In this document: one piece after another, positions 1 to 9,741 of the stretch | Layout: the number at the start of each line of letters is the position of its first letter | Position numbering within the stretch: position 1 is the first letter of the stretch | Source: an uncultured Candidatus Saccharibacteria bacterium | GTDB taxonomy: Bacteria > Patescibacteriota > Minisyncoccia > UBA6257 > 2-01-FULL-56-20 | Length of the DNA stretch: 64,000 bases | Reading direction: 5' to 3' | Assembly (NCBI GenBank): GCA_964646415.1 | Contig: CAZYEL010000004.1 | Location: forward strand, 539 to 64,538 | Position numbers and translations under genes: made by a program | Notes under the pieces: generated by a model | The model's input: only the letters and a program-made list of their open reading frames with translations | Databases searched by the model: none | What the model was told of the DNA's origin: nothing

Positions 1-52
1 TCCGCATATCATTACTGCGGAAGCCCGACCCGTTTTTGATATACTTACCGCA

Positions 53-505
53 ATGCCCCGCGCTTTGAGAAACATCGACATCCGCATCATTAGAGCGCTC
101 CGCCGCGTGGGCGTGCCCCTTGCACGCATAGCGCTCTTCGTCGTCTACTTTTGGTTTGGCGCCTTGAAGCTCTTCGGCGCAAGCCCGGCAAGCCCTCTCG
201 TGGAAGGTCTTCTTGAGAAAACACTCCCGTTTCTCTCCTTTGATACGTTCATCGTGGGATTTGCAATGTATGAGATGCTTATCGGCATCTTCTTCCTTAT
301 ACCAGGACTTGAGCGACTCGCGATTGCGCTTCTTATCCCCCACCTTGCGATGACCGCGCTCCCCCTCATACTCCTTCCTTCGCTCACCTGGGTAGCACCG
401 TTCGCCCCCACGCTCGAGGGGCAATACATCGTAAAAAATCTTTTGATTATCGCGCTTGCATTCGGGCTTGCAGCGCAGCTCCGCCCCATGCAGCGAAAAA
501 AGTAA
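53..505 (+). CDS. DoxX-like / DUF417 (YkgB/RclC-like) membrane protein
   Basis: Hydrophobic 150 aa ORF with WFGALKL and TLEGQYIVKN motifs. Confidence 0.65.
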   Translation: MPRALRNIDIRIIRALRRVGVPLARIALFVVYFWFGALKLFGASPASPLVEGLLEKTLPFLSFDTFIVGFAMYEMLIGIFFLIPGLERLAIALLIPHLAMTALPLILLPSLTWVAPFAPTLEGQYIVKNLLIIALAFGLAAQLRPMQRKK

Positions 506-514
506 CATCGTGCA

Positions 515-1390
515 ATGCACATAGTGGGTATTCTTTTCGCATTCGGCGCACTCCTTTCCTGGATTGGCGGCGATTTTTTTATCCAGCGCTCAACCCGCAA
601 AGTCGGCGATTGGGAAACGCTCTTCTTCATCGGCGCGGTGGGACTCGTCGGCATCTTCCCCTTTGTGCGGAACGAACTTCCTGCGCTCTTTGCAAATCAG
701 GAGCACATCGTTTTCCTGCTTACGCTCTCCGTCATCACGCTTGTCGCGGCGCTCTTCCTCTTTGAGGGCGTAAAGCGCGGCAAGCTTGCCGTGATTGAAC
801 CGGTGTACGGCCTTGAGCTTCCCTTCACCGTCGCCTTCAGCTATATCTTCGCGCACGAGCGCTTTCCCGCATACGTCTACGGCCTTATCTTTATGGTATT
901 CGCGGGAATCTTCCTCACCGTCGCAAAGCACCTCACCCACCTCCACTTTCATAAAACAATCCTCGAGAAAGGAGTCGTGTGGGCGGGCATCGGCTCCATC
1001 GGCATGGGATTTATGAATTATCTCTGGGGCGTGGGAAGCCAGACCATCTCCCCGCTCGCCACCATTTGGTTCGTCCACTCATTCCTCGCGATTGCCTGTT
1101 TCTTGTATCTCTTTGTGCACGGCAAACTCCCCATACTCGCCTCGCACTTTCGGCACGGCATCACGAACGTCATACCCGCGAGCATTTTCGATAACCTCGC
1201 CTGGACCTTTTACGGCTACTCGATGACCCTCATCCCCATCTCCATCGCCACCACCATCAGCGAGAGCTACATCGCAGGGCTTGTCCTTATTGGAATCGTC
1301 ATCAATCGGGAGAAAGTGGTGTGGCACCAGCGGCTGGGCATCGTGCTCGTCATCGCAGGCACCGCACTCATTTCGTGGTGGTTTGGGTGA
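515..1390 (+). CDS. DMT/EamA-family transporter
   Basis: 291 aa, about 10 TM segments in two repeats. Confidence 0.75.
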   Translation: MHIVGILFAFGALLSWIGGDFFIQRSTRKVGDWETLFFIGAVGLVGIFPFVRNELPALFANQEHIVFLLTLSVITLVAALFLFEGVKRGKLAVIEPVYGLELPFTVAFSYIFAHERFPAYVYGLIFMVFAGIFLTVAKHLTHLHFHKTILEKGVVWAGIGSIGMGFMNYLWGVGSQTISPLATIWFVHSFLAIACFLYLFVHGKLPILASHFRHGITNVIPASIFDNLAWTFYGYSMTLIPISIATTISESYIAGLVLIGIVINREKVVWHQRLGIVLVIAGTALISWWFG

Positions 1391-1412
1391 GTAACGTCAA
1401 GCAAAAACGGGC

Positions 1413-1441
1413 TTGTGAGAGAGGCAAATTCAAGGTATGAT
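1413..1441 (+). promoter_or_regulatory. Putative sigma70 promoter for gyrB
   Basis: TTGTGA-17 bp-TATGAT. Confidence 0.4.
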
Positions 1442-1478
1442 TATGGCGTCGCAACAGGCGACTCTTTTTCATAATGCA

Positions 1479-3536
1479 ATGCCTAAAAAAGCAGTAAAAA
1501 CGAGCGTAAAAAAAGAAGAGGCGAAGGGCGGGATTCCCAAACCGACCTCTTATGAAGCGAAGGATATCTACGTCCTTGAGGGGCTTGAGCCCGTCCGGAA
1601 ACGGCCGGGTATGTACATCGGCTCCACCGGTCCCGACGGACTCCATCACCTCGTCTGGGAAGTTGCGGACAACTCGATTGACGAAGCGATGGCGGGCTTC
1701 GCAAAGAACATCACCGTGGAACTTTTGCCCGACAAAAGCGTGGCGGTGACCGATGACGGCCGGGGCATTCCCGTCGAAACCCACCATCAGACGAAAAAGT
1801 CCGCACTCGAAACCGTAATGACCACGCTCCACGCCGGCGGCAAGTTTGGCGGCGAGTCGTATAAAGTCTCGGGCGGGCTCCATGGCGTGGGTGTTTCCGT
1901 CGTGAATGCACTCTCCGAATGGCTCCGCGCGGAAGTGTGCCGCAACGGAATCAGGTATGCGCAGGAATACAAACGCGGCGCTCCAACCGCCAAGGTGAAG
2001 AAAATCGGGACGTGCGGGCACACGGGTACCAAAGTCACCTTCTTCCCCGACGCGCAGATATTTCAGGAAATCGCGTTCAACGAGAAAAGAATCTTGGACC
2101 ACCTTCGCCAGCAGGCATATCTCACGAAAGGCGTGCGCATCAACTTCTTCGACAGGCGCGGAGAATCCGTTTCCTGCCACGGATTCTACTTCGAGGGAGG
2201 GCTGCTCTCGTTCGTGAAGCATCTCACCTACGACAAGAAACGGCTCCAGGAAGATGTTTTCCATATTCAAAAAGTGCACAGCGAGCTCGACGTTGAAGCC
2301 GCGTTTCTCTACATAGACGACTCTAAAACCGAGGAGCTCTCCTTTGCGAATAACATCTATACCCCCGACGGCGGGATGCACCTCACCGGTTTTCGCTCCG
2401 CCTTGACGAGAACTTTGAATAACTATGCACGCACCGAAGGGTATCTCAAGGAAAAGGACGAGAACTTCACGGCGGACGACGTGCGCGAAGGCATGGTCGC
2501 GGTTATCTCCGTAAAACTCCGCGAACCCCAATTCGAAGGGCAAACGAAAGCCCGCCTCGGGAATCCGGAAGCACGCACCTCAACCGAAGCAGTGGTGAAC
2601 GAATCCCTCAAAGAGTTCCTTGAGCGGCATCCGCAGGAAGCGCGCCGCATCATCGAAAAAGTGCTCCTCACCGCGAAAGCCCGCATTGCCGCCAAAGCCG
2701 CGAAGGAAACCGTGCTTCGGAAAGGCGCGCTTGAAGGGCTTACGCTTCCCGGAAAGCTTGCCGACTGCACTTCGAAAGACGCATCTGAATCGGAACTTTT
2801 CATTGTCGAGGGGGATTCCGCAGGCGGCACCGCGAAACAGGGGCGCGACCGGAGAACACAGGCGATCTTCCCGCTCCGCGGGAAGCCGCTGAACGTGGAG
2901 AAGGCGCGCCTCGACAAGATGCTCGCAAACACCGAAATCCGTTCGCTTGTGGTCGCCATAGGCACCGCCATCGCCGACGAATTCAATATGACAAGCCTCC
3001 GTTACCACAAAATAATCATCATGAGCGACGCCGATGTGGACGGCGCGCACATCAGGACGCTCCTCCTCACGCTTTTCTTCCGCCACTTCAGACCCGTAGT
3101 CGACGGCGGGTATGTGTATATCGCCCAGCCGCCGCTCTACCAGATAAAATCCGGCAAGAACGTGCACTACGCGTGGCTTGATGCGGAAAAAGACAAAATC
3201 CTTGCCTCGCTCGCCGCGCAGGCAAAGGCGAAAGGCAAACCAACGAAGGCGAAAGAAGAGGACGGGAATGAAGATGGAGATGAGAATAAGGACGAAGCAT
3301 CCGGGGAAAAAATTTCCGGCGTGAATGTACAGCGCTATAAAGGGTTGGGCGAAATGAATGCCGAGCAGCTTTGGGAAACTACTATGAATCCCGAACGCCG
3401 CATTTTGAAACAAGTTACCATCGACGACGCGGCGGAAGCAGACCGCCTCTTTGACATCCTTATGGGAGACGAAGTGGAACCCCGCAAGAAGTTCATCCAG
3501 ACTCACGCCGCTTCCGTGCAAAATCTTGACATATAA
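1479..3536 (+). CDS. gyrB: DNA gyrase subunit B
   Basis: LEGLEPVRKRPGMYIG, EVADNSIDE, SGGLHGVG, VEGDSAGG, DADVDG, QRYKGLGEMN motifs; start placed at MPKK. Confidence 0.97.
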   Translation: MPKKAVKTSVKKEEAKGGIPKPTSYEAKDIYVLEGLEPVRKRPGMYIGSTGPDGLHHLVWEVADNSIDEAMAGFAKNITVELLPDKSVAVTDDGRGIPVETHHQTKKSALETVMTTLHAGGKFGGESYKVSGGLHGVGVSVVNALSEWLRAEVCRNGIRYAQEYKRGAPTAKVKKIGTCGHTGTKVTFFPDAQIFQEIAFNEKRILDHLRQQAYLTKGVRINFFDRRGESVSCHGFYFEGGLLSFVKHLTYDKKRLQEDVFHIQKVHSELDVEAAFLYIDDSKTEELSFANNIYTPDGGMHLTGFRSALTRTLNNYARTEGYLKEKDENFTADDVREGMVAVISVKLREPQFEGQTKARLGNPEARTSTEAVVNESLKEFLERHPQEARRIIEKVLLTAKARIAAKAAKETVLRKGALEGLTLPGKLADCTSKDASESELFIVEGDSAGGTAKQGRDRRTQAIFPLRGKPLNVEKARLDKMLANTEIRSLVVAIGTAIADEFNMTSLRYHKIIIMSDADVDGAHIRTLLLTLFFRHFRPVVDGGYVYIAQPPLYQIKSGKNVHYAWLDAEKDKILASLAAQAKAKGKPTKAKEEDGNEDGDENKDEASGEKISGVNVQRYKGLGEMNAEQLWETTMNPERRILKQVTIDDAAEADRLFDILMGDEVEPRKKFIQTHAASVQNLDI

Positions 3537-3579
3537 CAGTAAAACCTATAGGGTAGATACGTTTATTAGGCCACTTAGC

Positions 3580-3768
3580 ATGTTTCGGAAAACAACGAAA
3601 TTTCTCCAAGAATCCCGCGAAGAGCTTCGCCACGTCAACTGGCCCACACGGAATGAGGCGGTTCGCCTTACCACGGTTGTGGTCGGCTTGTCGGTGGGAC
3701 TTGCGGTGTTTTTGGGGGCATTCGATTACGGATTCACCACGCTCATAAAAACGCTCATCGCACGATAA
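3580..3768 (+). CDS. secE: Preprotein translocase subunit SecE
   Basis: ELRHVNWPTRNE motif plus one TM helix, upstream of nusG. Confidence 0.92.
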   Translation: MFRKTTKFLQESREELRHVNWPTRNEAVRLTTVVVGLSVGLAVFLGAFDYGFTTLIKTLIAR

Positions 3769-3770
3769 GC

Positions 3771-4331
3771 ATGACGAAAAAACTTCAAGAAGAAGCGGGG
3801 ACGGCCGCACGGGAGTGGTACGCCGTGCAAACCTACTCCGGGTACGAGGAGGCGGTCGCGCGGTACCTGAAACAGCGCATTGAATCGCTCGCGATGAACG
3901 ACAAAATTTTCAACGTGATCGTTCCAAAAGAAAAGCGCATCCGCGTGAAAAGCGGACGCCGCCAGACAATCGAAGAGAAAATATATCCGGGGTATGTCCT
4001 TGTGGATATGGTTCTGACCGAAGACTCGTGGTATGTGGTGCGGAACACTCCCCGCGTCACCGGATTCGTGGGACCGGACAATACCAAACCCACTCCCCTC
4101 TCCAAAGCGGAAGTGGAATCGCTTCTTGCACGCATAGGGCAAGACGAGAACAAGTTCACGGTTGATATCAAACCGGGAGACTTGGTGAAAATCATCGATG
4201 GTCCGTTCAAGGAATATGATGGAAAAGTTTCCGAGGTGGATGAAACGAGAAACCGCATTAAAGTCATGGTGCCTATCTTCGGACGCGACACCGCAGTCGA
4301 ACTCGACTCCCTCCAAGTCAAGAAAATCTAG
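3771..4331 (+). CDS. nusG: Transcription termination/antitermination factor NusG
   Basis: WYAVQTYSGYE, YPGYVLV, RNTPRVTGFVG and a KOW domain. Confidence 0.97.
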   Translation: MTKKLQEEAGTAAREWYAVQTYSGYEEAVARYLKQRIESLAMNDKIFNVIVPKEKRIRVKSGRRQTIEEKIYPGYVLVDMVLTEDSWYVVRNTPRVTGFVGPDNTKPTPLSKAEVESLLARIGQDENKFTVDIKPGDLVKIIDGPFKEYDGKVSEVDETRNRIKVMVPIFGRDTAVELDSLQVKKI

Positions 4332-4404
4332 AGATGACTTGCCCAAACCAACCGTTTGCGGTATCCTCCTTAACACTCACCACTCAAAACTTATCACTAT
4401 CTTG

Positions 4405-4608
4405 ATGCCCCAACAGTGCTTCTTTTGTTCCCAAAACTTAAAAACAATCGACTATAAAGAAGTCGACCTCCTGAAGCGTTTCGTTTCGAGCCAGGCAAAA
4501 ATTATCGACCCGAAACACACGGGCGTTTGCGCATCACACCAGCGGAAACTTGCCGCAGCGATTAAGTATGCCCGCTTCATGGCGCTTCTGCCTTTTGTCC
4601 GCAGATAA
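4405..4608 (+). CDS. rpsR: 30S ribosomal protein S18 (Zn-binding form)
   Basis: CFFC, IDYKEVDLLKRFVS, TGVCASHQR, ARFMALLPF; upstream promoter-like TTGCCC-17-TATCCT at 4339-4367. Confidence 0.95.
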   Translation: MPQQCFFCSQNLKTIDYKEVDLLKRFVSSQAKIIDPKHTGVCASHQRKLAAAIKYARFMALLPFVRR

Positions 4609-4715
4609 GTCTAGTCATTAGGACTTAGCCCTGCCTACCGGCAGGCAGGCATTGGCCATTAAAATTTAATGGCTTTTTTGTTATTATTCCTCTAGGCCTA
4701 AGTCCTAATGGCTAA
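4606..4715. repeat. Inverted intergenic repeat with REP-like palindrome and rpsR terminator
   Basis: TAGTCATTAGGACTTAGCC ... GGCCTAAGTCCTAATGGCTA arms enclose CCTGCCTACCGGCAGGCAGG and hairpin GCCATTAAAATTTAATGGC followed by a T-run. Confidence 0.65.
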
Positions 4716-4721
4716 TTTTTA

Positions 4722-5321
4722 ATGGCTGGCATCAACGAAACTCTCGCCCAGTGGTTTTTCAGTCTTGCGCACATACATCCTCTGCTCGACGCAGTAATTG
4801 TTTTCCTCGCCCGCCAACTCCCGTATCTCCTCGTAATCGGTGCCGTGTTATTCATTCTTACCGAACGGAGGCGTCGTCACCGGATCTTCCTTTTCCTCGA
4901 AGTCGCGCTCGCCCTCCTCCTCTCCCGCGGGCTTCTCACCGAAGGAATCCGTTTCTTCCACCATGCCCAGCGACCCTTCGAAGTATGGCTTGCTACGCCG
5001 CTCGTGAACGAAACACTCGGGAATTCATTCCCTTCGGGGCACGCATCCTTTTATTTCGCGTTGGCAACGATTCTCCTTTTCAAAAACCGCCCGTGGGGAC
5101 TCACTTTTGGAGTGCTTGCGCTCATAAACGGCATGGCGCGCATCGCCTCGGGGGTACACTGGCCTGGCGATGTGCTCGCCGGGGCGTTCATCGGCATCGG
5201 GTGCGCGCTTATCGTCCGCCTTCTCCTTGCGCGAACCTCGAAAGCGCTCCGCATTGAAACCGCCCCGGTACCTCCTCCGCGCGAAGCACCTTCTGCCGAA
5301 ACGGGCGCAGACGCCGCATAA
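4722..5321 (+). CDS. PAP2-family phosphatase (undecaprenyl-diphosphatase BcrC-like)
   Basis: RPF, SFPSGH and ARIASGVHWPGDVLAG PAP2 motifs. Confidence 0.88.
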   Translation: MAGINETLAQWFFSLAHIHPLLDAVIVFLARQLPYLLVIGAVLFILTERRRRHRIFLFLEVALALLLSRGLLTEGIRFFHHAQRPFEVWLATPLVNETLGNSFPSGHASFYFALATILLFKNRPWGLTFGVLALINGMARIASGVHWPGDVLAGAFIGIGCALIVRLLLARTSKALRIETAPVPPPREAPSAETGADAA

Positions 5322-5393
5322 TACGCCGCGCCTTTTTATTCAATCCCCGCCGAATAGCCCCACGCGCGAGCGTGGGGATGAAGCGGTGGCTGA

Positions 5394-5828
5394 TTACCGT
5401 CTCCCCATTCCAAAACCTTTTCCCATCATATTCATACCTCCGTGCGGGCGACCTTCCATAAACTTCAGCCGCTGGTCCGCCTGCGCCTGGGTAATCACAC
5501 CTTTATTCACAAGCGCTTGGAGATGCAGCTTCATCTGTGCCGTGCGGGCATCCTGGAGCTTCTGCTGTAACCGCTCCTTTGTAATACCGCGGTCGGCGGC
5601 AATCTGAAACATGTTTTTCCCCTCCGCCCAACCCCGCTTCACATCATCCACGCTTATTCCCAAGAGCGTTGCCTCGCTCTGGAACATCGCCTGATGCCGT
5701 GAGACAACTTCATCAGGGGCCAGCGTACTCCCAAAGCCGAATCCGAAACCGTGGGCGGAAGCAACGCCCGCGCCGAGAAACCCTGCGGCTATTGCGGGAA
5801 AAAATGCGTATACAATAAATTTTTTCAT
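5394..5828 (-). CDS. Secreted hypothetical protein
   Basis: MKK signal peptide, AxA site, GVITQAQAD motif, Gly/Met-rich tail. Confidence 0.7.
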   Translation of the reverse strand: MKKFIVYAFFPAIAAGFLGAGVASAHGFGFGFGSTLAPDEVVSRHQAMFQSEATLLGISVDDVKRGWAEGKNMFQIAADRGITKERLQQKLQDARTAQMKLHLQALVNKGVITQAQADQRLKFMEGRPHGGMNMMGKGFGMGRR

Positions 5829-6045
5829 GATTTTTGAAAAAAATACTCGCCTCTTTAGAGCCGTGCACACACCACGCTACCCGCTAATTACTACAAGGAA
5901 GCGCTGAGAATTCTTTCATGTGAAAAAACGCGGAAGCCGGACTCCGCCATGTTAAAAGCCTAAACACATGGCACGTCCGGCTCCCAACCCTCCATTCATT
6001 ACTACAACATACGTGATTTTCTTATTTCAGCCCTGCTCCGAAGAA

Positions 6046-6726
6046 TCATTCCTCGATCCGTTCAATCCCATATGCATCAATCGAATTCCTCGTCCCCTCG
6101 CCGAAAATGAACACAGAGTCGCCCTCACGGAACCGGCCCATGGGAGGCCTCTTGCGCGGCGGGAACATCACGCTTGAAGTTGTGCCGTCGGCATTTTCGA
6201 ACATAAACCCGTTCGGCATCATTTGCCTCATTCTGCCGCGGTGAATGTCGCGGAAATGGGGCGTGCCAAAATGGCGGTAAAACCTGTCCGCAAAGAGCGG
6301 AAGCGAACCATGCTGCGCGGCTCCCAATACGCTCCTATGCCAGGGCGCCGCAATGAGCCCGCCCAATGCCACAATGAGAGCGACCCCCACAAGCGAATAT
6401 AACAGAGGCTTCCGGTACGCGAACTCATACTTCCGCACGAGCACTTCAAGCGCCACAATGAAGCCCACCGAGAAAAATATGAGCACCCACGGGAGCGAGC
6501 GGAGAAACGTGAGCCACCCGCGGGAACCGAACTGCGGCGCAAACCATGCGCCGCTTTGGCGGAGTGAAAACACCATGAAACTTGCAAGGTACAAAAGCGC
6601 GAGGAGAAGGAGTGCCACTCCCGCCCCGATAAGCGCGCGCTCGAACACAAAGTGCCATCGCGGGCGCATTTTCGCATGCCCCTCTCTGATAACGCCGAGT
6701 ATCTTTTCTTTAAGGTTTTGAGTCAT
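6046..6726 (-). CDS. Membrane protein, probable anti-sigma factor
   Basis: Overlaps the ECF sigma 3' end; MRPRWHF N-terminus followed by 3 TM segments. Confidence 0.6.
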   Translation of the reverse strand: MTQNLKEKILGVIREGHAKMRPRWHFVFERALIGAGVALLLLALLYLASFMVFSLRQSGAWFAPQFGSRGWLTFLRSLPWVLIFFSVGFIVALEVLVRKYEFAYRKPLLYSLVGVALIVALGGLIAAPWHRSVLGAAQHGSLPLFADRFYRHFGTPHFRDIHRGRMRQMMPNGFMFENADGTTSSVMFPPRKRPPMGRFREGDSVFIFGEGTRNSIDAYGIERIEE

Positions 6727-7294
6727 AAGGTAATTGCAATTTCGTTGCGGCTTCCCGCAGGGCGTCCTTTCCTCGCCGCAGGCGCACGCCAACCGTCGAC
6801 ACGGGAATCCGTAAAATGTCGGCAATTTCTTTATAATCCATGTCTTCGTAGTAATACAGCACAAGGGGCTCCCGATATTTCGCCCCAAGAGAAGCAAGAT
6901 ACCGGTCAAGCATGCGCCGTAACTCATTCCGTTGCGCCTCGCCGTCGGCAGTTTCCTCCGCAACCGGATGCGGCAAAATAGTGTCAAAATCAAAAAGGGA
7001 AAACATCTCGCGCCCCGATTTTTTCTTCAAGGCATTCACAAACTCGTTGTGGGCAATGCGATACATCCATGAAGAAAACTTCCGCGTCGCGTCGAATCCC
7101 TTGATGTTCACATACGCCTTAAGGAACGCATCCTGCACGATATCCTTCACGTCGTCGCCCGACGCAAGAAAACGCCGTCCGTACCGCATAAGTTTTTCTT
7201 CATAACGCTTAACAAGTTCGCCAAACGCCTCCACGTTCCCCTGTTGCGCCTCAGCGGCAATCACCTCATCCGACATATCGGGGCGAATGACCAT
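6710..7294 (-). CDS. ECF RNA polymerase sigma factor (SigW-like)
   Basis: DIVQDAFLKAY, FSSWMYRIAHN and region 4 YKEIADILRIPVSTV; start uncertain. Confidence 0.92.
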   Translation of the reverse strand: MVIRPDMSDEVIAAEAQQGNVEAFGELVKRYEEKLMRYGRRFLASGDDVKDIVQDAFLKAYVNIKGFDATRKFSSWMYRIAHNEFVNALKKKSGREMFSLFDFDTILPHPVAEETADGEAQRNELRRMLDRYLASLGAKYREPLVLYYYEDMDYKEIADILRIPVSTVGVRLRRGKDALREAATKLQLPYDSKP

Positions 7295-7342
7295 AGAGCT
7301 ACTACAACATACCCCGGCGACATATTTCAAGCTCCCGCACTT

Positions 7343-8179
7343 TTACAAACGCGCGCCCGTAAGATTACCGCTCTCGTATCGCCGGACTCCTTTGCGGAGC
7401 ACCCACACCGCAATCGCGGTCCAGAGCGCGGCGACAAGCCACACGACGGCTATCTTCACGACGCTCCAGCCCTGCACCGCCTCCACGGGGATGCCCCCGA
7501 TTGCAAGCGCGGGGAGAACAAAGATAAAAAAGAACCGCATGAAACCCTGGAACATTCCGGCGGGGTACAAGCTCGGCCCGAGCACTGATTCAAAGCTGAA
7601 TTTCGCAATCTCCGTGGCATCGTGGATAAAAAATCCGATGCATGCGGTCGCAAGAAGAAAGTTCATCATAATGAGCGCCGCCGGAAGTATCAGCGTCCCC
7701 AGCGCGAGAATTTGTCCGGCTGAAGGATGGGAAAAGAACCAATATACGCCGAGAAGCAAGATGCCGAAAAATATATCCCCTATTGCGGAAACCCGCGTGG
7801 TGAGGGTAAAAATGCGTGCATAGAGATTCCGCGGCGTGAGCAGTACCGAATCAAAGGCGCCGGTATAAATCGCGCTCGGAAGTTCATCCGCGCCGGAGAA
7901 AAATGAGAATACGATGCCGAACGCGAGCGCTACGAATCCTTGAAGCGCAATCGTTTCCTGTATATTCCATCCGTTGATGGTGCCAAACGCACCGAAGAAC
8001 AGCCACCACAAGAGCACGAAAGTGATGTTATTCACCATCATGCCCACAATCTGCATGGCGAAGGATATCCGCAGTTCCGCCGCGGACGCGATGTTGCACC
8101 GTATATATGCGGCAGCGACCCGAAGCTCCATACCCGCCGCACGCCGCCACACACGAAAATTTTTCTTCGTGAATCGCAT
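7343..8179 (-). CDS. ABC-2 family transporter permease
   Basis: GAFDSVLLTP motif, about 6 TM segments, in an operon with an ATPase. Confidence 0.82.
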   Translation of the reverse strand: MRFTKKNFRVWRRAAGMELRVAAAYIRCNIASAAELRISFAMQIVGMMVNNITFVLLWWLFFGAFGTINGWNIQETIALQGFVALAFGIVFSFFSGADELPSAIYTGAFDSVLLTPRNLYARIFTLTTRVSAIGDIFFGILLLGVYWFFSHPSAGQILALGTLILPAALIMMNFLLATACIGFFIHDATEIAKFSFESVLGPSLYPAGMFQGFMRFFFIFVLPALAIGGIPVEAVQGWSVVKIAVVWLVAALWTAIAVWVLRKGVRRYESGNLTGARL

Positions 8180-8180
8180 G

Positions 8181-9002
8181 TCAGCCCCCGTTTACCGAAA
8201 GTTTTCTCCGGACCTTTTCAAAGAGGAAAATGGCCGTGCCGCCGAGCACCGCAATCCAGAATCCCTGAAGAAGCGCCAACTGCCACCACGCGCCCGAAAA
8301 ATCAGGATTGAACATCTGTGTCGCAAACATCGGCGCGCCGAAGGGCGTGAGATTGGCAAGCGTGTGAAATGCCCCGGGGAGAAGCGCGAGCGGCACGTAG
8401 GAACCGCCAAGGATAAGCACGGCCTTGTCCACTATCCAGTATATGGGCTGCGCATCGTCAATCCAGAGCGCGGGCAAGGCAATGAGCATATAAAGCGCGG
8501 CGGAAACAACCGTCCCGCCCGCGGCGAGCACAAGCCCCGCAAGAAAACGCGGGAATGAAAAAACATCGGGCGCGCCGCCCAAAAAGAAAAGGAGAAGCGG
8601 CACCACCACTGCAACCGCCGCGAGAAAATGCAACATTCCCCTCCCGAGCTGCTCCCAAAACTTGTAAAAGAGGTATGTGTAGGGCTTATTGAGCTGCGCT
8701 TCAAGTTCCCCGCGCCGCATCTCGTCATTAATGGTTTTGAAGACCGTGCGGAACTGCGCGTAGAGCAGGAGGTGATATATTGCGATGCTCCAGATCGCCG
8801 TGGCGGCATCAATGCCGTTCACCGTCTTCCCGATATAGCGGAATGCGTAGGAGTAAATGAGGAGCATCATGACCACCCGGAATGTCGTGATGCACACGGA
8901 CGCCAGAAGCCGGTTTGGATAGTACAAACTTTCTTTAAGCGAGAGAGTAAACACCTTGCCATAGGCGCGCACCGCGCTTCCCGCGTTATACCGATGTGGC
9001 AT
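8181..9002 (-). CDS. ABC-2 family transporter permease
   Basis: GELEAQLNKP and LGGSYVPL motifs; start placed at MPHRY. Confidence 0.82.
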   Translation of the reverse strand: MPHRYNAGSAVRAYGKVFTLSLKESLYYPNRLLASVCITTFRVVMMLLIYSYAFRYIGKTVNGIDAATAIWSIAIYHLLLYAQFRTVFKTINDEMRRGELEAQLNKPYTYLFYKFWEQLGRGMLHFLAAVAVVVPLLLFFLGGAPDVFSFPRFLAGLVLAAGGTVVSAALYMLIALPALWIDDAQPIYWIVDKAVLILGGSYVPLALLPGAFHTLANLTPFGAPMFATQMFNPDFSGAWWQLALLQGFWIAVLGGTAIFLFEKVRRKLSVNGG

Positions 9003-9741
9003 GGGACTCGTATATTTTCCCGATAATTTCCTCGAGTGGCGGGTCTTCAATGGTAATGTCCTGGATATCCTTGTTGCGCAGAATATTCTTAATCGCATCG
9101 CCGATAGGAACCCGCGTAGTGTCCACCGCAAGAAGCGCCTCGCCTTTCTGATTTTTAAGAATATCGATGCCCTCGAGATGCATGACCGAAAGCGCATCTC
9201 TTTCCTCAAGCACCACGCGCACGATTTTCTGATTAAGATACTTTCTTTTCAGGCTCGCAGTCGCGCCGTCAAAAATGATGCGCCCGTGATTTATGATAAG
9301 CGTCCGCGCACACACCGACTCGATGTCCCCCGCATCATGCGAAGTGAGGAAAATGGTTGTCTTGAGATGCGCGTTGCTTGACTTTAAATTTTCCCGGAGC
9401 CGCCGCTTCGCCACAATATCCAGGCCGATTGTGGGTTCATCCAGGAAGACAATGGGCGGCCTATGAATTAGCGACGCCGCAATCTCGGCGCGCATCCGCT
9501 GCCCGAGCGAAAGCTTCCGCACCGGCTGGTCAAGAACATCCCCCAGCTCAAAGAGCGCGACTAGTTCATCGCGCTGCCGCTTGTATTCCGCGTCACCGAC
9601 CTCGTAAACCTTGGCGAATAAGTCGAAGGAATCGGAAATGGGAAGGTTAAAAAGCAGCTGCGAGCGCTGCCCGAAGACAGTGCCTATTTTCAAGGCAAGC
9701 CGCCGCCGGTCGTGCTGCGGGTCAAGTCCCAACACGCGCAC
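8986..9741 (-). pseudogene. ABC transporter ATPase, C-terminal part (interrupted gene)
   Basis: VRVLGLDP, Q-loop FGQ, signature LSLGQ, Walker B VFLDEPT, H-loop TSH; no Walker A. Confidence 0.9.

Noticed and set aside
1368-3521. Long antisense ORFs opposite gyrB (likewise opposite the RND pump, argH and groEL)
   Set aside because: Shadow frames expected from GC-rich codon usage; no motifs
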